From Faecousia sp. (GTDB lineage Bacteria > Bacillota > Clostridia > Oscillospirales > Oscillospiraceae): a stretch of DNA of 64,000 nucleotides. The stretch covers positions 152 to 64,151 of the forward strand of contig JAZUOF010000076.1 of assembly GCA_045604565.1 (NCBI GenBank). The letters are read 5' to 3'. This document shows, piece by piece, positions 30,909-41,112 of the stretch. Below the pieces are notes generated by a model. The model saw only the letters and a program-made list of their open reading frames with translations, did not search any database and had not been told where the DNA came from. The position numbers and the translations under genes are program-made. Position 1 is the stretch's first letter, and each line of letters begins with the position of its first letter.

Positions 30909-33900
30909 GAGAACAGACTTAAAAAAGATTCTGATTATTGGCTCCGGCCCGATCGTTATCGGCCAGGCAGCAGAGTTCGACTATGCTGGCACGCAGGCTT
31001 GTCTTGCGCTGAAAGAAGAGGGTTACGAAGTTGTTTTGTGCAACTCCAATCCTGCAACCATTATGACGGATACAGCCATTGCCGATAAGGTCTATATGGA
31101 GCCTTTGACTTTGGAATACATCGCAAAGATTCTTCGCTATGAACGCCCGGATGCCATACTTCCCGGTATTGGAGGACAAACCGGATTGAATCTTGCGATG
31201 CAGCTGGAAAAAAAAGGCGTTCTTCGGGAGTGCAATGTTGAACTGCTCGGTACGAGTAGCGAATCCATTGAACGGGCAGAGGACAGAGAGATGTTTAAAG
31301 AACTCTGCCAGTCTATTGGTGAACCGACCATTCCCTCCGAAATTACCTATTCCATTGAAGAGGCCAAGGCGGCTGCTGGGCGCATTGGCTATCCCGTGGT
31401 GCTTCGCCCGGCATTCACCCTCGGCGGAACGGGTGGCGGATTTGCCTACAATGAAGAAGATTTGGTTGACATCGGCCTGAATGCGTTTAAGCTGTCTCCG
31501 GTGCACCAGGTTTTGGTGGAAAAGAGCGTTAAAGGTTATAAAGAGATTGAATTTGAGGTTATGCGCGATTCTCATGATCACGTGATTACCATTTGCGGTA
31601 TGGAAAATGTGGATCCGGTGGGCGTGCATACCGGCGACTCTCTGGTGGTTGCTCCCATTATGACCTTGAGCAAGAAAGACGAAAAAATGCTCCGGGACAG
31701 CGCTATAAAGATTATTCGGGAGCTGAAAATTGAGGGCGGCTGTAATGTTCAGTTTGCCTTGAATCCCAATTCCAGCGAATATTTTCTGATTGAAGTCAAT
31801 CCCCGTGTGTCCCGATCCTCTGCGCTTGCCTCCAAAGCAAGCGGATACCCCATTGCCCGGGTTACGGCAAAAATTGCCGTTGGTATGGCCCTGGAAGATA
31901 TTAAAATTGCAAATACCAATGCAGCTTTTGAGCCGGCATTGGATTATGTGATTGCTAAGCTTCCCAGATTCCCCTTCGATAAATTTACTACTGCTCCCAA
32001 TACTTTGGGTACGCAAATGAAGGCCACCGGTGAGATTATGGGTATCGGTTCCAATCTGGAGGAGTGCCTGCTGAAGGCTGTCCGGTCTCTGGAGACCGGC
32101 GTGTGCCATTTGTATATGTCCAAGTTCAGCAAGATGTCTGATGCGGAGATTCAGGACTACCTGAACGAATTTAAGGACGATACGGTATTTGCGGTTACAG
32201 AGCTCCTGCGCCGCAATCATAGTATCGATGAGCTTCATAACTGTACGAAAATTACAAGATATTTCCTGCAGGCCATGAAGAATATTGTGGAAATGGAACG
32301 CCGTATTCAGGAGAGTGTGGGTGATGCCGATATTCTTCGGGAAGCAAAGGCAATGGGATTTGGCGACCAGTTTATAGGCAAGCTGTGGAATTGGAAGGAG
32401 CTGCAGGTATATCAACTGCGGGCGGAAAACAATATTTATCCTGTTTACCGCATGGTCGATACCTGCCATACAGGTGCGTATATTCCGTATTTCTACTCCT
32501 CATACACAGGCAAGAATGAATCCAGACTGACGAATAAGAAAAAGATTGTTGTGCTGGGCGCGGGTCCTATTCGTATCGGACAGGGCGTGGAGTTTGACTA
32601 TTCTACTGTCCATGCGGTGACCACGATCAAAAACTCCGGATACGAAGCGATTATTATCAACAACAATCCGGAAACGGTATCCACAGATTATACCACGGCG
32701 GACAAACTGTACTTCGAGCCTCTGACTCCGGAGGACGTGATGAATATCATTGCCTTTGAAAAACCGGAGGGAGTCATTGCATCCCTTGGCGGTCAGACTG
32801 CCATCAACTTAGCTCAGCCCCTTATGGAGCGGGGTGTAAAAATCATTGGTACTGATTGCGCTGCGATTGAACGTGCGGAAAACCGCGACAGTTTTGAAAA
32901 GATTCTGGAAGAACTGAATATTCCTCAGCCTAAGGGCAAAGCTGTGACTCGTATTGAGGACGGAGTTGCTGCCGCTGCGGAAATCGGCTATCCTGTGCTG
33001 GTGCGGCCCAGCTTTGTTTTGGGCGGCAGAGCTATGCAGATTGTCGCCAACGAGTCACAGCTGAGGCATTACTTGAAAACGGCTGTAGAAATTGATGAGG
33101 ATAAGCCGGTTCTGGTTGATAAATATATTGAGGGCAGGGAAGTGGAAGTGGACGCCATTTGTGACGGCATCAATGTATTTGTGCCCGGCATTATGGAGCT
33201 GGTAGAGCGTACCGGCGTCCACAGCGGTGACTCTATAAGCGTATACCCTGCATTCAGCATCTCGGACAAGGTCAAGGGTGTCATTTTGCAATACGCCAAA
33301 AAGCTTGGCTTGGGTATTGGCATTGTGGGACTGTACAACATTCAGTTTATTGTGGATAAAGATGACAACGTGTTTATTATCGAGGTCAATCCCAGGTCTT
33401 CCCGTACAGTTCCGTTCCTGAGCAAAGCGACCGGATACTCTCTGGCGGATATCGCTACAGAGGTTATCTTAGGGAAAACCTTGAAAGAGCAGGGCATTTT
33501 TGATATTTACCCTGAGGAGAAAAAGCGCTGGTATGTGAAAGTACCCGTGTTCTCATTTAATAAAATCCGTGGACTGGATGCCTATTTGTCTCCGGAAATG
33601 AAATCTACCGGCGAAGCGATTGGCTATGACGACAAGCTCAATCGCGCATTGTATAAAGCATTGCAGGCATCGGGTATGCATTTGCAGAACTATGGCACTG
33701 TTCTTGCTACCATTGCCGACAAGGATAAGGAAGAAGCGCTGCCATTGATTCGTCGTTTCTATAACCTTGGTTTCAACATTCAGGCAACGTATGGTACGGC
33801 GCAGTTTCTTAAGAGCAACGGAATTCGCACGCATATTTTGAACAAGATCAGTGAAGGCAGCGAGGAGATCCCCGATGCTCTGCGTCAAGGACACATTGCC

Positions 33901-34074
33901 TATGTCATCAATACCAAAGAACCCGGTTCGGAAGGCTCTGACAATGACGGCCACCAGATCCGGAAAATTGCCACAGAAAACAATGTGACAATCTTTACGG
34001 CGTTGGATACGGTGAAGGTGCTTTTGGACGTTTTGGAGGAGACCACTTTGACCATTTCTACCATCGATGCCTGA
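30901..34074 (+). CDS. carB: Carbamoyl-phosphate synthase large subunit
   Basis: GGGAGG RBS, ATG 30901; GSGPIVIGQAAEFDYAG, EVNPRVSRSS, GPIRIGQGVEFDY, EVNPRSSRT, MGS-like C-terminus. Confidence 0.97.
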   Translation: MAKRTDLKKILIIGSGPIVIGQAAEFDYAGTQACLALKEEGYEVVLCNSNPATIMTDTAIADKVYMEPLTLEYIAKILRYERPDAILPGIGGQTGLNLAMQLEKKGVLRECNVELLGTSSESIERAEDREMFKELCQSIGEPTIPSEITYSIEEAKAAAGRIGYPVVLRPAFTLGGTGGGFAYNEEDLVDIGLNAFKLSPVHQVLVEKSVKGYKEIEFEVMRDSHDHVITICGMENVDPVGVHTGDSLVVAPIMTLSKKDEKMLRDSAIKIIRELKIEGGCNVQFALNPNSSEYFLIEVNPRVSRSSALASKASGYPIARVTAKIAVGMALEDIKIANTNAAFEPALDYVIAKLPRFPFDKFTTAPNTLGTQMKATGEIMGIGSNLEECLLKAVRSLETGVCHLYMSKFSKMSDAEIQDYLNEFKDDTVFAVTELLRRNHSIDELHNCTKITRYFLQAMKNIVEMERRIQESVGDADILREAKAMGFGDQFIGKLWNWKELQVYQLRAENNIYPVYRMVDTCHTGAYIPYFYSSYTGKNESRLTNKKKIVVLGAGPIRIGQGVEFDYSTVHAVTTIKNSGYEAIIINNNPETVSTDYTTADKLYFEPLTPEDVMNIIAFEKPEGVIASLGGQTAINLAQPLMERGVKIIGTDCAAIERAENRDSFEKILEELNIPQPKGKAVTRIEDGVAAAAEIGYPVLVRPSFVLGGRAMQIVANESQLRHYLKTAVEIDEDKPVLVDKYIEGREVEVDAICDGINVFVPGIMELVERTGVHSGDSISVYPAFSISDKVKGVILQYAKKLGLGIGIVGLYNIQFIVDKDDNVFIIEVNPRSSRTVPFLSKATGYSLADIATEVILGKTLKEQGIFDIYPEEKKRWYVKVPVFSFNKIRGLDAYLSPEMKSTGEAIGYDDKLNRALYKALQASGMHLQNYGTVLATIADKDKEEALPLIRRFYNLGFNIQATYGTAQFLKSNGIRTHILNKISEGSEEIPDALRQGHIAYVINTKEPGSEGSDNDGHQIRKIATENNVTIFTALDTVKVLLDVLEETTLTISTIDA

Positions 34075-34084
34075 AGGAGACAGT

Positions 34085-34819
34085 ATGAAGCAAGGGATTT
34101 TTGAGATAAAGGAGAATACTGCGCTGACGGAAAATGTCTACCGGATGGTACTAGAGGGGGATACCACCGCTATCACCGCGCCGGGACAGTTCGTAAACAT
34201 CCAATTGGATGGACTGTATTTACGCAGACCGATTTCTGTATGTGATGTGAACGGGAACCTGCTGACGCTGATTTATAAGGTAGTTGGCAAAGGAACAAAA
34301 CAGATGTCTCAGATGAAGGCTGGGAAACTTGATGTGCTTACCGGTCTGGGAAACGGCTATGATACGTCGGTATCCGGCTATCGCCCCGTTTTGCTTGGCG
34401 GCGGCGTTGGCGTACCACCAATGTACCTGTTGGCAAGGAAGCTTCGCCGAGAGGGAAAGTACGTTCAGGTTGTCCTTGGCTTCAACACGTCATCGGAATG
34501 CTTCTATGAGGACGCTTTCAAGGCGCTGGGATGTGAGGTATATGTTACCACTGTGGACGGCTCATACGGCGTAAAAGGCTTTGTCACTGATGTGTTAAGT
34601 GATTTGGACTATTCTTATTTTTACACTTGCGGTCCCGAACCGATGCTCAAAGCTGTCTATAAAACATCCGTTACATCAGGACAGATGAGTTTTGAAAAGA
34701 GAATGGGATGCGGCTTTGGCGCTTGTATGGGTTGCTCCTGCAAGACACTTACCGGGTATAAACGGATTTGTAAGGAAGGCCCGGTTATGAGGAAGGAGGA
34801 GATCTTGTGGGAAGACTGA
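34085..34819 (+). CDS. pyrK: Dihydroorotate dehydrogenase electron-transfer subunit
   Basis: LRRPIS, GGGVGVPP, CGPEPML, MGCGFGACMGC..C, ICKEGPV. Confidence 0.95.
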   Translation: MKQGIFEIKENTALTENVYRMVLEGDTTAITAPGQFVNIQLDGLYLRRPISVCDVNGNLLTLIYKVVGKGTKQMSQMKAGKLDVLTGLGNGYDTSVSGYRPVLLGGGVGVPPMYLLARKLRREGKYVQVVLGFNTSSECFYEDAFKALGCEVYVTTVDGSYGVKGFVTDVLSDLDYSYFYTCGPEPMLKAVYKTSVTSGQMSFEKRMGCGFGACMGCSCKTLTGYKRICKEGPVMRKEEILWED

Positions 34820-35718
34820 CCGTTGATTTATGCGGGATTTCCATAGATAATCCTGTTATTCCCGCCTCCGGTACATTTGGCTATGGTTATGAATACAGCG
34901 AATTGTATAACATTAATTGCCTTGGTACCTTCTCCTTCAAGGGCACTACCCGGCAGCCGCGATTTGGCAATCCGACACCCAGAATTGCGGAGTGCAGTGC
35001 TGGTCTGATCAATGCAGTAGGGTTGCAAAACCCCGGCGTGGACAGCGTCGTTTCTGTGGAACTGCCCAAACTGAAAAAGTGCTTCCATAAACCTGTTATG
35101 GCAAATGTCAGCGGTTTTTCCGTGGATGAATATGCCGATACCTGCCGGATTTTGAACGAACAACCGCAGGTGGGCTGGCTGGAAGTAAACATCAGTTGCC
35201 CCAATGTTCACGGCGGTGGTATGAGTTTTGGCACTGACCCGGTCGCGGCGGCTCAGGTTACTGCGGCTGTTAAAAAAGTAACTACAAAGCCGGTTATTTT
35301 AAAGCTGACTCCTAATGTTACAGATATTGTTTCTGTTGCTAAGGCCTGTGAGGATGCTGGCGCAGATGGTATCAGCCTGATTAACACAATGCTTGGTATG
35401 CGCATTGATTTACGCACGCGCAAGCCGATTATCGCCAACAAAATGGGTGGTTTTTCAGGCCCGGCGATTTTCCCTGTGGCGGTTCGTATGGTATATCAGG
35501 TTGCCAGCACCGTCAAAATTCCTGTGATCGGTATGGGCGGTGTCAGTTCTGCCGAGGATGTGGTGGAAATGATGCTTGCCGGTGCAACAGCCGTGGAAGT
35601 TGGTGCGGCTAATCTGGTGAATCCCTATGTGTGCAAGCAGATCATTGAAGATCTTCCGGGCGTTTTAGATCAATACAAAATAGAAAATATTAGAGATATT
35701 ATCGGAGGTGCAAAGTGA
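34807..35718 (+). CDS. pyrD: Dihydroorotate dehydrogenase B catalytic subunit
   Basis: PASGTFG, NAVGLQNPG, EVNISCPNV, KLTPN, INT, GGFSGPAI. Confidence 0.96.
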   Translation: MGRLTVDLCGISIDNPVIPASGTFGYGYEYSELYNINCLGTFSFKGTTRQPRFGNPTPRIAECSAGLINAVGLQNPGVDSVVSVELPKLKKCFHKPVMANVSGFSVDEYADTCRILNEQPQVGWLEVNISCPNVHGGGMSFGTDPVAAAQVTAAVKKVTTKPVILKLTPNVTDIVSVAKACEDAGADGISLINTMLGMRIDLRTRKPIIANKMGGFSGPAIFPVAVRMVYQVASTVKIPVIGMGGVSSAEDVVEMMLAGATAVEVGAANLVNPYVCKQIIEDLPGVLDQYKIENIRDIIGGAK

Positions 35719-36416
35719 TGGGAAAGGATGTCATTATTGCCTGTGATTTTTCCAGCGCAGAACAGGTATTCACGTTTTTGGATAAATTCACGGACAAGAA
35801 ACCCTTTGTAAAAATCGGTATGGAGCTGTTTTATGCGGAAGGACCAGCGATTGTCCGGGAAATCAAAGCAAGAGGCCATAAGATTTTTCTGGACTTGAAG
35901 CTTCATGATATTCCCAATACCGTAAAAAAAGCTATGGCGGTTTTGTCCGGATTGGATGTGGATATTTGTAATCTTCACGCAGCCGGAACAGGCGCTATGA
36001 TGCGCGCAGCCCTGGAAGGATTGACACGTCCTGACGGAACGCGTCCTCTGCTGATTGCGGTTACTCAGCTTACATCTACCGATCAGGAGAGCATGGAGCG
36101 GGATCTCATGATCCACGCGCCCATTGATCAGGTGGTTATGCATTATGCAAAAACTGCCCGGGATGCCGGTTTGGACGGCATTGTTTGCTCTCCGCTGGAG
36201 GCTGGAAAGGTTCACGAGGTTTGTGGAACAAGCTTTTTGACAGTAACGCCTGGCGTACGGTTTGCAGATGGCGAGGTGGGCGATCAAAAACGCGTTATGA
36301 CTCCGGCGCAGGCCAAAGTCATTGGCTCAGACTATATTGTGGTGGGCAGACCCATTACGGCTGCTTCTGATCCTGTTGCTGCCTACAACCGGTGTGTTGA
36401 GGAATTCTGTGATTGA
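35718..36416 (+). CDS. pyrF: Orotidine-5'-phosphate decarboxylase
   Basis: FLDLKLHDIPNTV, VTQLTS, TPGVR, DQKR, VVGRPIT. Confidence 0.96.
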   Translation: MGKDVIIACDFSSAEQVFTFLDKFTDKKPFVKIGMELFYAEGPAIVREIKARGHKIFLDLKLHDIPNTVKKAMAVLSGLDVDICNLHAAGTGAMMRAALEGLTRPDGTRPLLIAVTQLTSTDQESMERDLMIHAPIDQVVMHYAKTARDAGLDGIVCSPLEAGKVHEVCGTSFLTVTPGVRFADGEVGDQKRVMTPAQAKVIGSDYIVVGRPITAASDPVAAYNRCVEEFCD

Positions 36417-36431
36417 AAGGAGAACCCCCTG

Positions 36432-37088
36432 ATGGAAAGCTACAAAAGAGAGTTTATTGCATTTTTGCAGAGCGCGGGTGTGTTAAAGTTTGGTGACTTC
36501 ACTGCCAAAAGCGGACGTAAGATTCCTTATTTTATTAACGCAGGTGAAATTAAGACCGGCGCACAGATTGCCAGGCTTGGCGAATTTTACGCAAAGGCAT
36601 ATCAGGAAAAAATCGGCAACAAAAGATGTGTCCTGTATGGACCTGCATATAAAGGAATTCCCATTGCTGTCTCTGCATCGGTTGCTTTGGCCGGATGCGG
36701 TCTGGATGTTCCCTTCTTCTTTAACCGTAAGGAAGCGAAAGATCACGGTGAGGGCGGAATCTTTGTAGGCTATGTTCCTGTGGCCGGTGAAGACGTTATC
36801 ATTGTGGAAGATGTGATTACTGCCGGCACTGCTATTCGAGAGAGCATGGCAAACCTTTCCTCTCTGAACGGCGTAAAAGTTGCTGCAACGTTTGTAATGG
36901 TCGACCGGAAGGAAAAAGGTAAGACGGAGCTTTCTGCTATGGCAGAAGTGGAACAGGAGTTTGGTTTCCCTGTTTATTCTGTTGTGGATGTATATGATAT
37001 TATCGCATACCTGGAAGAAGATCCGGCGAATACAGAAAACGTCAACCGTATTAAGAATTACCTTGCCATCAATGGAGCGAAGGTATGA
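36432..37088 (+). CDS. pyrE: Orotate phosphoribosyltransferase
   Basis: [40 protein letters not shown]. Confidence 0.96.
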   Translation: MESYKREFIAFLQSAGVLKFGDFTAKSGRKIPYFINAGEIKTGAQIARLGEFYAKAYQEKIGNKRCVLYGPAYKGIPIAVSASVALAGCGLDVPFFFNRKEAKDHGEGGIFVGYVPVAGEDVIIVEDVITAGTAIRESMANLSSLNGVKVAATFVMVDRKEKGKTELSAMAEVEQEFGFPVYSVVDVYDIIAYLEEDPANTENVNRIKNYLAINGAKV

Positions 37089-38176
37089 GAAGTTTAATAG
37101 ATATTACGGATTTTTCCGTAGAAGAGCTGAATGAGCTGATTCTGTCAGCCTGCGATATCAGCGACAATCCCGAAAAATATGCACAGTCCTGTAAGGGTAA
37201 AAAGCTTGCTACGCTATTCTTTGAGCCGTCTACCCGTACGCGGCTGAGCTTTGAGGCTGCGATGCTGGAATTGGGTGGTAGTGTTATTGGATTCAGCGAG
37301 GCATCCTCATCCTCTGCCAGCAAGGGTGAAAGTATGGCAGATACAGCCAGGATTCTTTCTTGCTATGCAGATATTATGGCCATACGCCATCCTAAAGAAG
37401 GCGCGCCGTATGTAGCAGCCCAAAATGCGACAATTCCGGTCATTAATGCAGGGGATGGTGGGCATTGTCATCCCACCCAAACTCTTGCGGATTTGTTGAC
37501 AATCTACCGGGAAAACGGTGGATTTGACGGCTTGACAATTGGATGCTGCGGCGACCTGAAGTATGGCCGCACTGTTCATTCGTTGCTTGCGGCGATGAGC
37601 CGATATCAGAATGTAAAATTTGTGCTGATTTCTCCGGAAGAACTCAGACTCCCGGAATATATAAAAGCAGAAGTGCTGGATAAGCACGGTATGACATATG
37701 TGGAAACCACATCCTTGGAAGAAGCCATTCCGGAGCTGGATGTTTTGTACATGACACGTATTCAGAGGGAAAGATTTGACAATCCTGAGGAATATGCCCG
37801 ATTAAAAGACAGCTATGTGCTGGATGTATCCAAGATGTCTCGGGCGAAGGAAACGATGCGGGTACTGCACCCTCTGCCTCGCGTTAACGAGATAAGTGTT
37901 AAGGTGGATGCTGACCCCAGAGCTGCGTATTTCCGGCAGGCATTGAATGGGAAATATATGCGTATGGCGCTGATTCTGAAGCTTTTACAGGATGCTAAGC
38001 AGGGAATTCAGATGACGCAGCCGGAGAACATAATTGTCAATGAGCTTTTCTGCAAGAATCCTCGTTGCATATCCTCTGTAGAACAGGAATTGGACCAAAT
38101 TTTCAGGATTTCTGACAATGAAACAGGGGAATGCCGTTGCCTGTATTGTGAGGCAAAAAGCATCTATCACAGGTAG
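37085..38176 (+). CDS. pyrB: Aspartate carbamoyltransferase catalytic chain fused to a PyrI-type Zn-binding domain
   Basis: [34 protein letters not shown]; C-terminal CKNPRC...CLYC. Confidence 0.95.
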   Translation: MRSLIDITDFSVEELNELILSACDISDNPEKYAQSCKGKKLATLFFEPSTRTRLSFEAAMLELGGSVIGFSEASSSSASKGESMADTARILSCYADIMAIRHPKEGAPYVAAQNATIPVINAGDGGHCHPTQTLADLLTIYRENGGFDGLTIGCCGDLKYGRTVHSLLAAMSRYQNVKFVLISPEELRLPEYIKAEVLDKHGMTYVETTSLEEAIPELDVLYMTRIQRERFDNPEEYARLKDSYVLDVSKMSRAKETMRVLHPLPRVNEISVKVDADPRAAYFRQALNGKYMRMALILKLLQDAKQGIQMTQPENIIVNELFCKNPRCISSVEQELDQIFRISDNETGECRCLYCEAKSIYHR

Positions 38177-38262
38177 CATTATCCTTATTATGAAGTTTCA
38201 CAAAATTAAGGCGGGTTCTGACGCAAATAGTATTCAAAAGGGAGAATTGCTCAGAATCTGCC

Positions 38263-38291
38263 TTGACACGTGTTTGCGCGCGTGATACTAT
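38263..38291 (+). promoter_or_regulatory. Sigma-A promoter of the pur operon
   Basis: TTGACA-N17-TACTAT with TG extension. Confidence 0.75.
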
Positions 38292-38305
38292 TTTCATGTA
38301 TTTAT

Positions 38306-38380
38306 GGCGTTCTTTGCGACTGACGGAAATGTGGAGCACCACAGTGGAACAAAGAATGTTTATGCCGACCGTCTGGGCGC
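38306..38380 (+). ncRNA. ZMP/ZTP (pfl) riboswitch aptamer
   Basis: GCGACTGACGGAAA..GTGG..CCAC..GGAAC, P1 GTTCTTTG/CAAAGAAT, 3' GCCGACCGTCTGGGC; pseudoknot GACGG/CCGTC; directly upstream of purE. Confidence 0.9.
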
Positions 38381-38413
38381 ATTTAACTGGCAAGGGTTAA
38401 GTGCGCTCTTTTT
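38375..38413 (+). terminator. Riboswitch-controlled terminator (expression platform)
   Basis: GGGCGCATTTAAC...GTTAAGTGCGCTC followed by a T tract; overlaps the aptamer 3' stem. Confidence 0.85.
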
Positions 38414-38432
38414 GCATTTAAGGAGGTAACTT

Positions 38433-38921
38433 ATGAAGAAGATTGGAATTATAATGGGCAGCGACAGCGATCTTCCTGTGGTCCAAAAGGCCCTGGATAC
38501 GCTGAAAGGCCTGAATATTCCTTATGAAGTTCATATCTACTCCGCCCACAGAACTCCTGAGGCGGTTCGTATCTTTAGTCAGAACGCCAGAGCAAATGGC
38601 TTTGGCGCAATCATTGCGGCCGCAGGTATGGCCGCCCATTTGGCGGGCGCAGTGGCCGCCAATACTACGTTACCTGTAATTGGAATCCCCTGCAGGGGGT
38701 CTGCGCTTGACGGCATTGATGCTCTTTTGTCGACGGTTCAAATGCCTTCCGGTATTCCGGTGGCAACAGTAGCGATTAATGGGGCAGTCAATGCCGCCTT
38801 GCTTTGCGCGCAGATCTTGGCAGTAGAAGACAGTGCGCTTGCCGCAAAGCTGGATGCAAAACGGGCAGCAGATGCTGCTCAGGTTATGGAAAAAGATGCT
38901 GCATTAAGCTTTAATCAGTAA
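38433..38921 (+). CDS. purE: N5-CAIR mutase (class I PurE)
   Basis: [31 protein letters not shown]. Confidence 0.96.
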   Translation: MKKIGIIMGSDSDLPVVQKALDTLKGLNIPYEVHIYSAHRTPEAVRIFSQNARANGFGAIIAAAGMAAHLAGAVAANTTLPVIGIPCRGSALDGIDALLSTVQMPSGIPVATVAINGAVNAALLCAQILAVEDSALAAKLDAKRAADAAQVMEKDAALSFNQ

Positions 38922-38964
38922 ATTCGTGTTATACAAAAAACCATACATAAAGGGAGATTTGACT

Positions 38965-39651
38965 ATGGAAAAGAAGCTTGTTTACACCGGAAAGACAAAG
39001 GACGTTTTTGCTCTTAACAACGGCAACTACCTGCTGAAGTTCAAGGATGACTGCACCGGTAAAGACGGTGTGTTTGATCCCGGCGAAAATTCTGTGGGTC
39101 TGACGATTGACGGCGTTGGTGATGTGAACCTGCGTATGTCCATCTACTTTTTTGAAAAGATTAATGCCGCAGGCATCCGAACCCATTATGTCAGCGCGGA
39201 TTTGAACAACACTACCATGGAGGTTCTTCCTGCGAAGGTGTTTGGCAAAGGTCTGGAAGTGATTTGCCGCTATAAAGCCGTTGGCTCATTCTTCCGCCGC
39301 TATTCTGATTATGTGGAAGAAGGCGCAGATCTGCCTGCTTATGTGGAAACTACTTTCAAGAATGATGCGAAAGGTGACCCGTTGGTTACCAAAGATGGCC
39401 TTGTTGACCTGGGGGTTATGACCGGGGAACAGTATGATGACCTGAAGGCCATGACCCAGGCCATTACAAAAATCGTTGCAGATGATTTGAAGGAAAAAGG
39501 ACTGGATATGTACGATAACAAGTTCGAATTCGGATATGACACCGATGGCAATGTTATGCTGATTGATGAAATTGCATCCGGCAATATGCGTGTATACAAA
39601 GACGGCCAGTATGTGGATCCCATGACTTTGAACAAGCTGTTCTTTGCATAA
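38965..39651 (+). CDS. purC: SAICAR synthetase
   Basis: AAGGGAG RBS, ATG 38965; [30 protein letters not shown]. Confidence 0.93.
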   Translation: MEKKLVYTGKTKDVFALNNGNYLLKFKDDCTGKDGVFDPGENSVGLTIDGVGDVNLRMSIYFFEKINAAGIRTHYVSADLNNTTMEVLPAKVFGKGLEVICRYKAVGSFFRRYSDYVEEGADLPAYVETTFKNDAKGDPLVTKDGLVDLGVMTGEQYDDLKAMTQAITKIVADDLKEKGLDMYDNKFEFGYDTDGNVMLIDEIASGNMRVYKDGQYVDPMTLNKLFFA

Positions 39652-39671
39652 TTAGATTAAAGGAGTATACT

Positions 39672-41096
39672 ATGGGCGGTTTTTTCGGAATCGCATCACG
39701 CCACGACTGTATGGTGGATGTGTTCTTTGGCGTTGACTATCATTCTCACCTGGGTACTCGCCGGGGCGGTATGGCCGCTTACGACAGAGAAATCGGATTG
39801 CAGAGAAAGATACATAATATTGAAAATTCTCCTTTTCGTACTAAGTTTGAGAATATTTTTGAAGAAATGCGCGGCACATCTGCCATTGGCTGTATCAGCG
39901 ATACAGATCCCCAGCCTATGCTTTTGCGATCCCGGTTGGGCACCTATGCCATCACGACCGTTGGCATTATCAACAATGCTGACGCATTGATTGAGCAATA
40001 TTTATCCTCCAGTACCGGCCATTTTGATGCGATGACCGGCGGACGAGTTAACTCCACAGAACTGGTTGCGGCTTTGATCAATCAAAAAGATAACTTTAAG
40101 GATGGTATTCAGTTTGCGCAAGCGGTGATTGAGGGCACGGCAAACATCCTGATTTTGACCGATACCGGCAAGCTGATTGCCGCCCGCGACCGGTTGGGAA
40201 GAATTCCTGTCCAGATCGGTAGAAATGAGGATGGCTACTGCGTTTCCTTCGAGGGCTTTGCCTATACCAAGCTTGGCTACGAAGATGTAAAAGAATTGGG
40301 CCCGGGAGAGATTGTGGAAATTACCTGTGATGGTATGCAACAGCTTGCTGCGCCGGGTGACAAAATGCGTATGTGCGCATTTTTGTGGAGTTATTATGGC
40401 TACCCGTCTTCCACCTATGAAGGTGTGAATGTAGAGGCGATGCGATACCGCAACGGAGCGTCTATTGCAGACTTGGATTTGAAACGTGGCAGAACGAGTG
40501 ATATTGATTATGTCGGCGGCGTTCCGGATTCCGGCACACCCCACGCCATTGGATATTCCAACCGTGCCGGAGTTTCTTTTGCCAGAGCATTTGTAAAATA
40601 CACGCCTACTTGGGCGCGCAGTTTCACTCCGGCACACCAGTCTGACCGGAAGAAAATTGCCAAGATGAAGCAGATTCCCATCCACGAACTGATTGTCGGT
40701 AAGAAGCTTTTGTTTGTGGATGATTCCATTGTCAGAGGCACACAGCTACAGGAAACTGTTGAGTTTTTGTATGATAATGGCGCAGAGGAAGTCCATATGC
40801 GTTCTGCTTGTCCGCCGATTATGTATGGGTGTAAATTTCTGAACTTTTCCCGCGCAACCGGCGATATGGAATTACTTTCCCGCCGGGTGATCGTGGAGCT
40901 GGAGGGAGAGGAAGGCCTGAAGCATATTGATGAGTATGCTGACGGTGATTCGGAACGGGGGCAAGCAATGCGCAAAGCGATCTGTGACAAACTGGGGTTT
41001 GCGTCGTTGGACTTTCAAACGATTGATGGTGTGCTAAACGCCATTGGCCTTGAACCCTGCAAGCTTTGCCCCTATTGCTGGAACGGTAAAGAGTAA
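39672..41096 (+). CDS. purF: Amidophosphoribosyltransferase-like protein lacking the N-terminal catalytic Cys
   Basis: ARDRLG..P, VPDSG, PRPP loop VDDSIVRGT, Fe-S-type Cys (MCAF, SACPP, CPYC); begins MGGFFG. Confidence 0.9.
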   Translation: MGGFFGIASRHDCMVDVFFGVDYHSHLGTRRGGMAAYDREIGLQRKIHNIENSPFRTKFENIFEEMRGTSAIGCISDTDPQPMLLRSRLGTYAITTVGIINNADALIEQYLSSSTGHFDAMTGGRVNSTELVAALINQKDNFKDGIQFAQAVIEGTANILILTDTGKLIAARDRLGRIPVQIGRNEDGYCVSFEGFAYTKLGYEDVKELGPGEIVEITCDGMQQLAAPGDKMRMCAFLWSYYGYPSSTYEGVNVEAMRYRNGASIADLDLKRGRTSDIDYVGGVPDSGTPHAIGYSNRAGVSFARAFVKYTPTWARSFTPAHQSDRKKIAKMKQIPIHELIVGKKLLFVDDSIVRGTQLQETVEFLYDNGAEEVHMRSACPPIMYGCKFLNFSRATGDMELLSRRVIVELEGEEGLKHIDEYADGDSERGQAMRKAICDKLGFASLDFQTIDGVLNAIGLEPCKLCPYCWNGKE

Positions 41097-41112
41097 TGAT
41101 AAGGAGAATATC

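Noticed and set aside
30919-32469. 516-aa minus-strand ORF
   Set aside because: Antisense shadow of carB; no motifs or RBS
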